A stretch of 64,000 nt of DNA from Chrysomallon squamiferum. Lineage: Eukaryota; Animalia; Mollusca. The stretch is from contig CM022669.1 of assembly GCA_012295275.1 (NCBI GenBank), positions 6,510,001 through 6,574,000 of the forward strand, read 5' to 3'. The translations under genes were made by a program, and so were the position numbers. Position 1 is the stretch's first letter; every line of letters begins with the position of its first letter. Of this stretch, positions 52,764 through 64,000 are shown one piece after another. The notes under the pieces are model-generated. The model did no database searches. It was given only the letters and a program-made list of their open reading frames with translations, and was not told where the DNA came from.

Positions 52764-55302
52764 TTCTTCAACATTATAATAAACTTGATCTGTTGCATTT
52801 TTTCCCTTTAATTCTATATAGTGCATAGAATTTATTTTTTATTTTTAAATTATTGCTACATAAAACATTAAAGCTTCCGTTAATTTTGTAAAATATACTT
52901 AAATCTTACAAATAATTTTAATTAAGATACAATACTAAGGACAGGAAGAAAAGATTTTTTTTTTTTATATTAAATTTCAGAAATTGAGCAATATAATAAA
53001 AATTACAAATTACAAATTCAAAAATAATTCTAATACTTAATTATTTATCAGTGTATCAATATATTTCTAATCTCAGCATGTTATCAACCATTTAAAAAAC
53101 ATTTTTAAACCCTTAGCAACATAATAATAAAAATGATGATATATATATATATAAAAATATAAATAAATAACCCAAAATTTTGAATCTTCAGAATAACTTT
53201 CACAGCTACACATTTTGACACCCAAGGTTTCATCTGAGTATTGTTAAAGTGTCATTAATTCACTGATACAGAGAGTAAACTTACCATTCCTTTCAACACT
53301 TTCCCAAACACAACATGCTTGCCATCCAGCCAACTAGTCTTTGTTGTAGTAATGAAAAACTGGGAGCCATTTGTGTCTTTTCCAGCATTTGCCATAGAGA
53401 GCCAACCAGCACCAACATGCTTCAGCTTGAAATTTTCATCTGGGAACCTATCCCCATAAATACTTTTACCTGTAAAATAATGTTGGTACTTTTTTACTTC
53501 AGGATAATTCTTTTATCATTTATAATACGCAGTGAAAAGAAAATGTTTCAAACTACCAGCCCCTCTAATGTTATTTCTAATCATAATCTTGAAACTACAG
53601 AAAAAGGTAATATTATATCATGTATTTAATATTCAATAAAGTTTTCTTTTTTATTATTGGATGAAGATGCTGGATGGAGGATATTTTACAACATGAGTTC
53701 AGTGTAAGGATTTGACATTTTGTTGTTGCAATTATTAACTCAATCATTGAGATTGGGATTGTGGTGGGTGGGGAATACAGCTTAAGCAATTGAAGTTAAA
53801 ATATCTAAGTTGTCCTTAGAAATAACCAGAACACTAATTATTAATGTGATATACTGTTACCATCTTCATCCTTCAAGTCATCATTCCTAGACTGCTACCA
53901 ATATCTCTTGAAAGAATTTCTAGTGGTACTATCAGTGGTGTTTTTTTTAATTTTAATTTTTTTTTCATTAATGAACTGTTTGTTACAACTGGTATTTAAA
54001 ATTAAAAATTATATTAAAAAATTTGTTTCCCTTGTATTACCTCCTGTTCCATCTCCACGAGTGAAGTCACCACCCTGAATCATGAAGTTGGGGATGATTC
54101 TATGAAATTTACTGCCTTTATAGCCTATTGTTGTTCCATTCTGAAAATACAAAGAAACAATTAATGAATATTTAAATTGTTTTAATTCAGACCAAATGTG
54201 ATCAGTAATTTCAAGAGATTACTGTTATGTGTTTATTATGGAACTCATCAAATAGTTGAGAAAAAAACATATACATACATAATAATAATATACATAAACA
54301 TATTTAAAAGAGTAAATAGAAGAACCAAATATTCCATTTTAAATTAAGGATAAGAAAAAATGCAAAAGTGTTATGAATTACTTGTAACAGATATTATGAC
54401 TTGAATAAAGAACATACATCGTCAAATCCTTCAGCTAACTTTTTAAAATTCTCTGTTGTTTTGGGCACTGTTTTACCAAACAATCCTATAACAATCTCTC
54501 CGACTTCTTCATCTCCAATCTTGACTTTAAAATATACCTGAAAGAATAAAAGAAAACAAAAAAGTGTACAATTAGAACAAAAAAAGTGTATTATTTAGAT
54601 TTAAAAACTGTAACTGAATATTTGAGTCAAATAATAGTTGCTTTGAAGATCAATGAATATTGCATTCCTGTTGCAGCTGCTATCATCTGACTGCTTTATG
54701 TAAAAGTTTAAATATGTGCATTACAGCCAAGCTGTTCAGTGCCACATGCTATTTTTGGATTTAATCACTATGTTATAAGAACACCTTTGGTCCTTTTGTA
54801 TGATTATGGACTTTTTTTCTAACCACCCTACAACTAAGTTTTGAGGACTCTGATCACAATTTTTTTTCTTACTTTCTTCTTTTTGAAACATTTTTACTTT
54901 TGCTTAAACGTTCTGTCTTCAATTAATTGTTACAAAACCTTTTCATTGATTCATACAGATCTCCATCCTTGAAATTTAAAATTTTCTTTGCACTCATTAG
55001 TTATTTAGTTAATTCATCGAACTCCTAGTAATTGTCACTTTTACCTGTTATTATCACGATTATCTATTTATTTATAGATAAAGAAGAAGAACGAAAAACA
55101 ACAACAAAAAAAACCCCAGCAGAATATTAATGAAATTTGTGTTGTCAAGACCTCCATCTAAACAACTATTTTTATTTATTATTTATAATTATACACATTT
55201 GATGTTACAAACCTTATCGGTAACTTTGGGTCCTTTTTTAGAACTGGTTGCAAATACTATAATGGGAATTAAGGCGCAAATAATTATAGTTCCTGTCAAC
55301 AT
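52531..55302 (-). CDS. PPIB: Peptidyl-prolyl cis-trans isomerase B (cyclophilin B), 5 exons, 209 aa
   Basis: Exons: 55302-55213, 54537-54418, 54140-54041, 53469-53285, 52665-52531 (630 nt, phases close). Signal peptide followed by [12 protein letters not shown], then [69 protein letters not shown] and KPFTVE. Confidence 0.96.
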
Positions 55303-55918
55303 GATGATGCGTTGTTTCTGAGTGAAGTTGCACCGTTTCAACCTCGAAAGGCGAGTGCTTTTAACTCTCGGAGAACTTATCTTGAACTGACACGCGTCAA
55401 ACCTTAGCTAACGGGAGTAAATGTGGTTGAAATTCATTGGCTGACCAATTTTAAAAAAAAGAAGAAGAATTATCTCCCCTGTGAAATACTATTTTATTCT
55501 TTTAACATCGGCCATCCTAAAATATAGATTATCCATTACAAAAGATAATTTATATTGTTATTCATCTAATAAAACTATCATTTATAATAATAATTATGAA
55601 AACGAAATAGACTGAAAAAGAGAAACTATGAAAACAGAATATATTTTAATTATAATCTGTTTGTCTGAAGATAAACGTAATTAATATTAAACAAAATTGT
55701 AAGTATCGACAAGAAGTCAGTTTTAGTTATCTATTATTTTAATTGTTCTCCTTCACCACACACACATTAAAAATATTGTTTTCGTCTTCGATTCCGCGTT
55801 TTAGGCTACGTTAATAAAACAAAAGAGGAAACGGAAAGTCTTAAACGCATGCGTAGTAATGTATCGACCATGGAACTGACATTCTGACAATTTTGGATAT
55901 TGATCTAAGACTTTCCAA
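55303..55918. promoter_or_regulatory. Bidirectional promoter shared by PPIB and FEM1B, with an ERSE-like element
   Basis: 616 bp separate the divergent ATGs. It contains minus-strand CCAAT-N9-CCACA at 55440-55422, a second opposed CCAAT at 55445-55449, an ETS-like CGGAAA at ~55832 and an NRF1-like CGCATGCG at 55846-55853. Confidence 0.65.
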
Positions 55919-57826
55919 ATGGGGTCTGAAGTCAATCCTGAGATGATTAGAGTCCTGAAGAAAAAGGTATTTAGTGCTGCACGTGAGGGCATGGCAATTA
56001 GTATATTTGCTATGCTTTGGAACCTTGATCGAGATGTTATAAAGGAAGTTCTCGATCATCAAAGTGAAGAAGATGGGCAGACGACGACGCCGCTAATTAT
56101 TGCAGCCAGGAATGGCGAAGAAAAGGTTATTCAGGTTCTTCTTAGTAATTTCAATGTGAATATCGAACAGACAGGAACAGTGAAATTTGATGGATATGTT
56201 ATAGAAGGCGCCACAGCACTCTGGTGTGCGTCAGGTGCAGGTCACTTCAATGTAGTGAAATGTTTGATTGAGCATGGAGCAGACGTAAACCATCCAACAT
56301 TAACAAATTCTACCCCACTGCGTGCAGCTTGCTTTGATGGCCGACTTGATATTGTAAGGTATCTTGTTGAACACAAGTCAGATTTGACTATTGCGAATAA
56401 ATACAATAACACGTGTTTGATGATTAGTTGTTATAAAGGACATAAAGACGTTGTGGCATATTTATTGGGAAAAGGTGCTAGTCCAGACTGCAAAGCTCAC
56501 TGTGGTGCAACAGCATTGCACTTCTCAGCAGAATGTGGCCATTTAAACATTGTAAAACTACTCATAAAATATGGAGCATCAATGCCAAAAAATGATCATT
56601 TTATGACTCCTTTAATAGTTGCAGCAGAGTGTGGAAAAGCAGATGTTGTTGAATATCTGTGTTCTCTAGAAGAATGTTCTAAGAAGGACAAAATAGATGC
56701 TTTTGAACTTTTGGGAGCAACATTTGCAAATGACAAAGAAAATTATGATATTAATAGAGCTTACTATTATTTGAAAAAAGGAATGGAAGAGAGATTCAAA
56801 GACAGCAAAAACATAATTCCCAAACAGTATTATCCACCAGTTCCAGCATATGGCAACAGACGTGAATGTCAGTCACTTGCTGAACTTGAACTCTTGGAAA
56901 AGGATCACAATGCATTGCATATGGAGTCATTGGCCATTCGTGAGAGAATTCTTGGTCCAGACACACCTGAAGTTCCACATCCAGTGATATTTAGAGGGGC
57001 TGTGTTTGCTGACAGTGCACGTTTTGAGCGATGTATAAGTTTGTGGATGCATGCCATGAAACTGCGACAGAGAAACAACAGAACAATTTCTAAAGATCTT
57101 TTACGTTTTTCTCAAGTATTCTCACAAATGGTTCATCTGGGTGTGAAACTACAGTTTCAGCATGTAGAAGATGTTTTTGAACATGCTGTTGTTGAACTGG
57201 AAAGAGATCGTGAAAGAATTGCTTTAGATGATGAAGATAAAGATGCTCTACATGAAACTTATCAGGCAAACATTCACACTTGTCTTTATCTGTTGGTGAT
57301 TGCACTGAGAATAGACAAAATAAAAGAAGAACATCTTAAGCTGAACAAACTAATGTACAAATTTCTTCAGCTGAACCCAGTACTAAAAAATGGATATTCA
57401 CCTCTTCACATGGTTTGCGATGGTGCAACTTTGGTTGACGATTTCCATGTCAATGATGTTGTTTCATTTCCTTGTGCACCTCTAGCTGTGGCACTTGTTA
57501 AATGTGGTGCAGATGTTAACTTCAGAGATGCTCATGGAAATATCCCACTGCATGTCATTGTACGTTACACCAATCCCATCAATGGATTTGACACTTTGCA
57601 CCAGATTATTCTCTCCTTAGTGATGGCAGGATCTCACCTTGACATCAGAAACTATGATCGTAAAATACCAGTTCAGTGTTGCACAACTGGAGTGGCAGAA
57701 GTGATATTACGCCAACACGCACATATATCTCTAAAATGTATAGCTGCTCGCACAATTAGAGACAATAATATTCAGTATAAATCATTGATTCCGATGTTTC
57801 TTGAAGAATTCATCCGCCTCCATTGA
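55919..57826 (+). CDS. FEM1B: Protein fem-1 homolog B (ankyrin-repeat CRL2 substrate receptor), single coding exon, 635 aa
   Basis: FEM1B-type motifs: TPLIIAARNG, QTGTVKFDGYVIEGATALWCA, NSTPLRAACFDGRLDIV, ANKYNNTCLMI, KAHCGATALHF and HPVIFRGAVFAD. A C-terminal VHL/BC-box reads SLKCIAARTI...LIPMFLEEFIRLH. Confidence 0.97.
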   Translation: MGSEVNPEMIRVLKKKVFSAAREGMAISIFAMLWNLDRDVIKEVLDHQSEEDGQTTTPLIIAARNGEEKVIQVLLSNFNVNIEQTGTVKFDGYVIEGATALWCASGAGHFNVVKCLIEHGADVNHPTLTNSTPLRAACFDGRLDIVRYLVEHKSDLTIANKYNNTCLMISCYKGHKDVVAYLLGKGASPDCKAHCGATALHFSAECGHLNIVKLLIKYGASMPKNDHFMTPLIVAAECGKADVVEYLCSLEECSKKDKIDAFELLGATFANDKENYDINRAYYYLKKGMEERFKDSKNIIPKQYYPPVPAYGNRRECQSLAELELLEKDHNALHMESLAIRERILGPDTPEVPHPVIFRGAVFADSARFERCISLWMHAMKLRQRNNRTISKDLLRFSQVFSQMVHLGVKLQFQHVEDVFEHAVVELERDRERIALDDEDKDALHETYQANIHTCLYLLVIALRIDKIKEEHLKLNKLMYKFLQLNPVLKNGYSPLHMVCDGATLVDDFHVNDVVSFPCAPLAVALVKCGADVNFRDAHGNIPLHVIVRYTNPINGFDTLHQIILSLVMAGSHLDIRNYDRKIPVQCCTTGVAEVILRQHAHISLKCIAARTIRDNNIQYKSLIPMFLEEFIRLH

Positions 57827-60800
57827 TTTCATTCATATGAATAATCCAGTGTTTTGTAAAATAATTTATAAATGACTCCATTCATTTTATTAATTAGAAA
57901 GTAGCTGTTTAAAGAAAAGAATATCCACCTTAATTAGTAAAAATCAAAGATTTCAAGAATGTATAAAGATGAATATATTGATTAATATTAGAATATAATA
58001 ATTAGTTTTTAAAGCAGAATTTATTCACTTCATTTCAGTACAAGTCAAAGATCATTTTTTGGATTGAACATAGAAGATAATGCTTTATGTATCTTCATTA
58101 AATTATAAATTATAGAGCAAATTGTAATAATAATTTATTAATATCTGTATTTACAGAAATCAAAGTTTCAGGATTGTTTACTTTCCTAATTTTGTGCAAT
58201 TTCACTGTAGCAATGTTATTTATTTATTATTTTCATAACATTTGAATTTGAACAACTTCTGGTTCAGTAAAAATCACATAGTGATACCAGGAAAGAAATT
58301 ATGTTATTGTTTACTTTTCCAACAATCATATAACAGAAACTTATTGGAATCTCTTTCTGTTTCCAAAATGAATTAAACCTATATTTTGTAACTAATTTTA
58401 CTGATAACAGGTGATTTTTCTATCTTCCAACTGCACTTAACATTCTACTACAAATGTTACATGTATTTATAATATTATCAAACATTATTTGGGACTGAAT
58501 TAGAAATTAGTGTTTAAAATTATTTGTTGTTAACTGATTTTTTAAAAATTTATTAATATCTATTCTACATAAAATGATATTAATGTCCAACAGAATATGA
58601 AAATATGGTATGTAGTTATGTTGATTATTGTTACGTATACTGAAATAACTCTTTCCACAACAGATTGTGAATAATATATTCAGCGCACAATACTTTCTTC
58701 CAAGCTGTACTTTTAGTGACATAAATATTTTCTCTTATCTGTACACACACATACACACACACACAAATACTTGGGTACATACATATGTACACACATAATT
58801 ATATCGGTATACTTGATATACACATATAATCAGACACACACACACATACACAATGAGCACACTTGCATATCTTTGAAGTCTCACACACAAACATAAAAAT
58901 TTTCATAAATCAAAAAAGTACCAAAGCATATACACTTTTTACATATTTGTTACGCAAAGGTTTATTGTTTATACAAAATTATACTTCAGATTATTCAAGA
59001 TGTATCTGCTAGAAATAAATAATATTTTCTCTTTTAAAATAAGACAAAATCAGTATATGAATATTATATTTTTATGCATATTTCATAGTTCAAATGTTTA
59101 TTTTTTTTTAAAAGGGATAATGTTAGCTGTGTTTTATAGTTTGAAATTTTGCAGACTTGGATTCTGAGGTCTTATATCTTACGTGGTCTGATACAGATTA
59201 TAGACACTGGTAAATCAGTTCCTGAAAACCAAGAACACCTTGTATGATTGGGCAAATTTCAGAAATTTTGATGTCTAAGAAAGTACGGACTAGGGTTTTA
59301 GTTTGAGATGTATATTATTTGAAACAAAAACAAAATTCCAAAATCCTTTTATATTATATTATCTTTAAAGCAGCAGTGTATGGTCTTTTGTGTGTGTGTG
59401 TGTATGTGTGTGCAATTCCTGCCTTTATCACAAACACTGAAATATAAAACCTTGGATGTTGTTTCATGTTTACATAAAAGTCCATTAGGGAAAGATTTTG
59501 TGTTGTGTTTTTTACCAAGAATCCTAAACTGAAGGGTTTCAAACTATATTTAGTGTGGACTTTTCCACTAAAATAATTACAGTAACGAAAAGGTGAATAC
59601 CAAGACAGGTTACAATGTAATAATTTATATTCTGAAAGAACACTGCAGATTTACAGAGTGAATAATCAGTATTATGATTTATCTACCTTCCTGTCGCCAA
59701 ACTTATTTTTGCCAGCCTTTAAATAATACAAGATTTTGCACATATTTACACAATGATTATTAATGCAGTTGATATTTGTTTAATTATGATTTCATGCCTG
59801 TTGTTAGTCTTGAACTAGCCATGTATTTATTGTGATGTTTTTTAAATCAACAGTGAAAAGTAACATTGCATCTAGCACAAATATTCATGCTGATCATTTA
59901 ATCCGATTGTCATTTACTTGTTTAAAAGTAAAATATATTTAAACTTAAATACTGTGTCATAGTTATTTTTGATAAATACCAATTCCCTGCCTCCCTAGAA
60001 AACAGATTATTTTGTGGCATGAGATATTTCTTTATTGTAGACTGGCATAAATTCTTGTCTGTCGATAATATTCATGTGAAAATTCTTGCCATTCTTAATA
60101 ATTAGTGCTATATAAAATGTCGTTTGGATATCTGGTGTGATTGGATTAATAAGGAAATGTTCAAAATACATTTTGCCATTAGAATAACTAGTGTGCTATT
60201 TGAGTTCAGTAATTGAAATTTTGTTAATCATTAACTTTGAGTAATATATTATTTGCACAATGTGATAGACTGATGATTATTTAAACTCCGGCTTGCATGA
60301 ACAGTCATTCATAAATTCCAAACCCCCAAAAATGAAAATCCCCCAAAAACAACAAAATTCCAGTAAGCCATAATCACACATGTATTGTGAAAATGAAAGA
60401 AATATAAGTACACAATAAATATACAAGCATCCAATATCAACAAATAAAATGACGTCAAAAGAACAGACCAATATACATACAAAAATTACTTGTGTACCAT
60501 TGACTAATTAGAACTGTTTCTTCACATTTGGCTGACAGTGCAGTATGTATTTTACATACATTTTTGTTTGATTGACAAATAATGACAATAACTGAGGAGT
60601 AGAGGCTACATCAAATCTGGCACTAATACTAATACGTTTTCAGGATTTCTTTTCTTGAAAAGGATAAACAGCAATGTGTTTGCAAGACATAAATTTTAAT
60701 AAGAGAAAACTGAAGAATGTTTTTAATATATAAATGCATTTTTAGCAGCATTTAAAACATTAGTTTCCTTTCAATGCTTTGCTAAAGTAAACTGCCTTTG

Positions 60801-63800
60801 TCATTCATTCTATAACAAATACTGAATAAACATAGGAATTTCTACTGAATACTTAAATATCCATATACAAGGTTTCGCTGAAAATTAATGTACTGCTTTT
60901 AATAAAAGCTGACAACTGTCGATTTTAAAACATTGTTTTTGATTATTATTTTTTGAAATCTGTTAAACACGCTAATTAAATGACTGCTTTACTTTTAATT
61001 TTTTTAAAAGATCAAAGAAGCTTAGAAAAACAACAACAAAAAATCATCACAAAAACTGTAAAAAATAAATTAAATGTCAAAATAAATAATTTCAGTGCAT
61101 AGAACTGATAATTTGCCCTATTATTAAACACAATTTGAAGGTGAACACAAAACTTTAATCTTATTTCATTTTGTGTCCACAGCAGGCTTTCATTATACAT
61201 GGATAAAGGTACTCATAAAAATAAATGTGAAGTAAATAACAGTAGTAGCAATAACAATAATAGAAACAATAATTATGATAATATAATAAAAAAGAAAAAT
61301 GTATATAAATCAAAGAACAAAAAACTGAGATGCAGAAGAAAAATAATCTGTTTTGCATACTTCCAAGTTAATGATAATTATCAACCAAATCAGTTTTCTT
61401 TACCTTCATTATCTGTGAACATTATATCATCATTTTATTTTATTTTATTTCATTTTCTTTTTATACGGTACATTTATATTTAAGATGTGTTAAGAACAAG
61501 AACAATAAACAATACATATATTATAATAAATAATATTAAATATAAAATGAAATATTTAAGTAAAAACAGCAACACAAATATAATGAACAACAAATACACA
61601 TACAAAATTAATAATGATAATAAAACTTAGTGAAGAAAAGACCATTCCAAGAACCACGGGATATTTTTAAAAACACTATCATACTTCATGACTAACCAAG
61701 ATATGTTAATTAAAACAATTACTAGGAAGTATGCAGATGTACCTTAAGTGGTTATTTTTATCTTGTCTTAAATGTTTTCTTTTATATATGTAAGCATAGC
61801 ATTTTGAAGGCAATATTGTATCGTAATGCAATATTATCATACAAGAGAGGGAAAGAAAGAAAAGTATTTACAAAAAGAAACTGCGGACATGTAGAAACGG
61901 CAATGAACAATAAAATATACGCTATCATTAACACGTATCAGCAAATGATCAATGGAAAATGACTTCTGGTAAATAAAACTTTTGATTATTTATAAACAAG
62001 TTTTCTACATAAAAGAATTTAAAAAATGAATAAAACAGTTAAAAAAGAAAATCATACACATGGAGAAATAAATAGTATTTTCACAAGTTGTATGAAATAT
62101 TTCTGTTATGGTTTTCAAAAACCAAATGTATAGTATTATGGTTAATGTCAACAATGACCACTTTGAGATGTATCAGAATGTAATATAACTGCAAATAAAA
62201 AAAGCATGAACAACAATGTTTGAACATTTTATCAAGCATGTGACTAGTAAGCTTAATCTTTTCATATACATATTAGTAATAATAATAGTTATAATAATAA
62301 TAATAATGTGATTTTCTAAGCAGATGTTCTAAATGTAGATAAAATGTGGTGATATTTACTGTGATAATATAGTTCTTAGGGAGCTTATTAAGACTGATCA
62401 TGTGGATTTACCACAAAACAGTTGCTCTGACAAACTGAACAAAACACTTCAATTATTAGAAAAAAAAAAAAATCAACAACAAATAATATCAAAAAGTAAA
62501 TAATAGTAGTAATAATAATACACATAAAAAAAAAGTGCTGGAGATTCTGTATTTTCTTATTAGATGTAAATATTTAACTGGTATCAAAACAAACATTAGT
62601 TACCACGGTTACACAATGTACATTCAAAATATCTTTCTACATATTCAGACAATGTTAATATTCAGTGAACAAATATATAACAAGTACAGCTACAACAAAA
62701 AATAAATAAACAAAAAATAAATCCAGCTTACAATTTGTATACAGACATCATTAAATGAGATGGAATAATAAATTTACACATCAAATTAGCCTTCAAATAC
62801 ACTGAACCAAATGAACAACATTTATTTAAATTATAAATATATTTAAAACTGTTTCAGATGTTAGTATTTCAAAAATTTTGTCATTTCTTTTTCTTTTTCT
62901 AAAACAGAAAACAAGGGTAAGACAAAAAAGTATTTTTACAGGTTAAAAACAAGTTTCATTTTAGCAGCTTCACTAGTTTAGTCCAACAAAATGTCTTTAT
63001 GAAATTATTTCAAACCATGTAACTTTTCTTTATCAATCAATGTACTTTCTTTCAACAAGAAATAACTGCATTATCAAACATAATGAAAATGTCATTTAAG
63101 ACAACTTATCTTTAATTTTAAGGTTTTATTTTTAAAATCTCAGCTGATGAAATATATTGCTAACAAAATGCTCATAAAATTTATTTTCAACTTACTTTAA
63201 ATTTTTAGTGCGTAAATGCCAAGTAATAAAAACCCCAAGTAAATCTACAGATATAAAAGGTAATAAGACGAATTTAAAACCATTGTTTGCAAATGTATTC
63301 TCTGTATTTAATATTTGTTCAAATCTTCTCAGGTTAATAAAGTAACACTTTCTGTTTTACAAAAGGAAATGTTCACAACATTATCAACTACATCTACTTG
63401 AAATACAGTAACCCTAACTGCAATCACAATGACGACTTAGTAACAAAATTATAAATCTAACTCCATGTTTGTTTTGATTTTTTAAGCAAGACATTTATCA
63501 CACTACACATATGAGAAATAAAAGACATTAGTTATAATTTGTTTTGATATCTTCCTTTTGTTCAGTGAGTACACTTCTGTGGTTCAGTTTCCACTCCAAA
63601 CCGTTGTTTGGTCAGACATTACAATGTTGTGACCTTAAGTTTCCACAATCAGTCCCTTCCATTCATTCATACCTGACTTTTTTTTTTTATCATTTCACCG
63701 GAATTGAGAAATAACCTGTCCAAAATATAATCTTCAGAATATTTTGTACCAAAATTAATCTTTAATTTCTGACCGAAAAAGGAAATAGGAATAATTTTTC

Positions 63801-64000
63801 CATCTATGACATATTTAATGAGTTGAAACACTGCTCTAATGATAATTATAACCTCTCTAAGTATACTCTAAATAAACAGTGTAATTGTCATTTGATTCAA
63901 AGTTTTCTCTTCTACTGGTAACTATAATGACAGAACACTCATCTGTGCATAAAACTTTCCACAAATCATTTTTACAATTAACTGGAAAATATTTCGGTAC

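Noticed and set aside
55919-57826. Intronless FEM1B as a retrogene or horizontally acquired gene
   Set aside because: FEM1 genes are generally intron-poor, the ORF is intact with its own promoter, and there is no poly-A or TSD trace.
63673-63716. Possible minus-strand exon (gacag...CAG|gtatga) near the right edge
   Set aside because: It contains a poly-A run and stops in two frames, and has no supporting neighbours; 60900-64000 looks like non-coding UTR or intron.

Overview
AT-rich, microsatellite-dense animal genomic DNA. It looks lophotrochozoan and probably molluscan, though that is inferred only from gene and repeat style. I reconstructed four complete genes and one partial gene by hand from GT-AG sites, and the intron phases close consistently. 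They are: (1) the 5' part of an unidentified minus-strand gene with a uORF-laden leader, running off the left edge; (2) an 11-exon B-type nuclear lamin (+, 11958-27552, 594 aa, ending CIIM); (3) a convergent 22-exon, 1568-aa gene (-, 46339-31907) encoding a long helical ARM/HEAT-like region with a Melted/VEPH1-like part, a coiled coil, a Death domain, two TIR_2-type domains that both keep the catalytic Glu, and a CaaX tail (CRIL); (4) cyclophilin B (-, 5 exons), head-to-head with (5) an intronless FEM1B (+). The window also holds a decayed I/Nimb-type LINE, two MITEs, short tandem duplications and many microsatellites. The best candidate for an undescribed system is the prenylated ARM-CC-Death-TIR-TIR protein, which also has an in-phase alternative terminal exon that would remove both TIRs and the CaaX.
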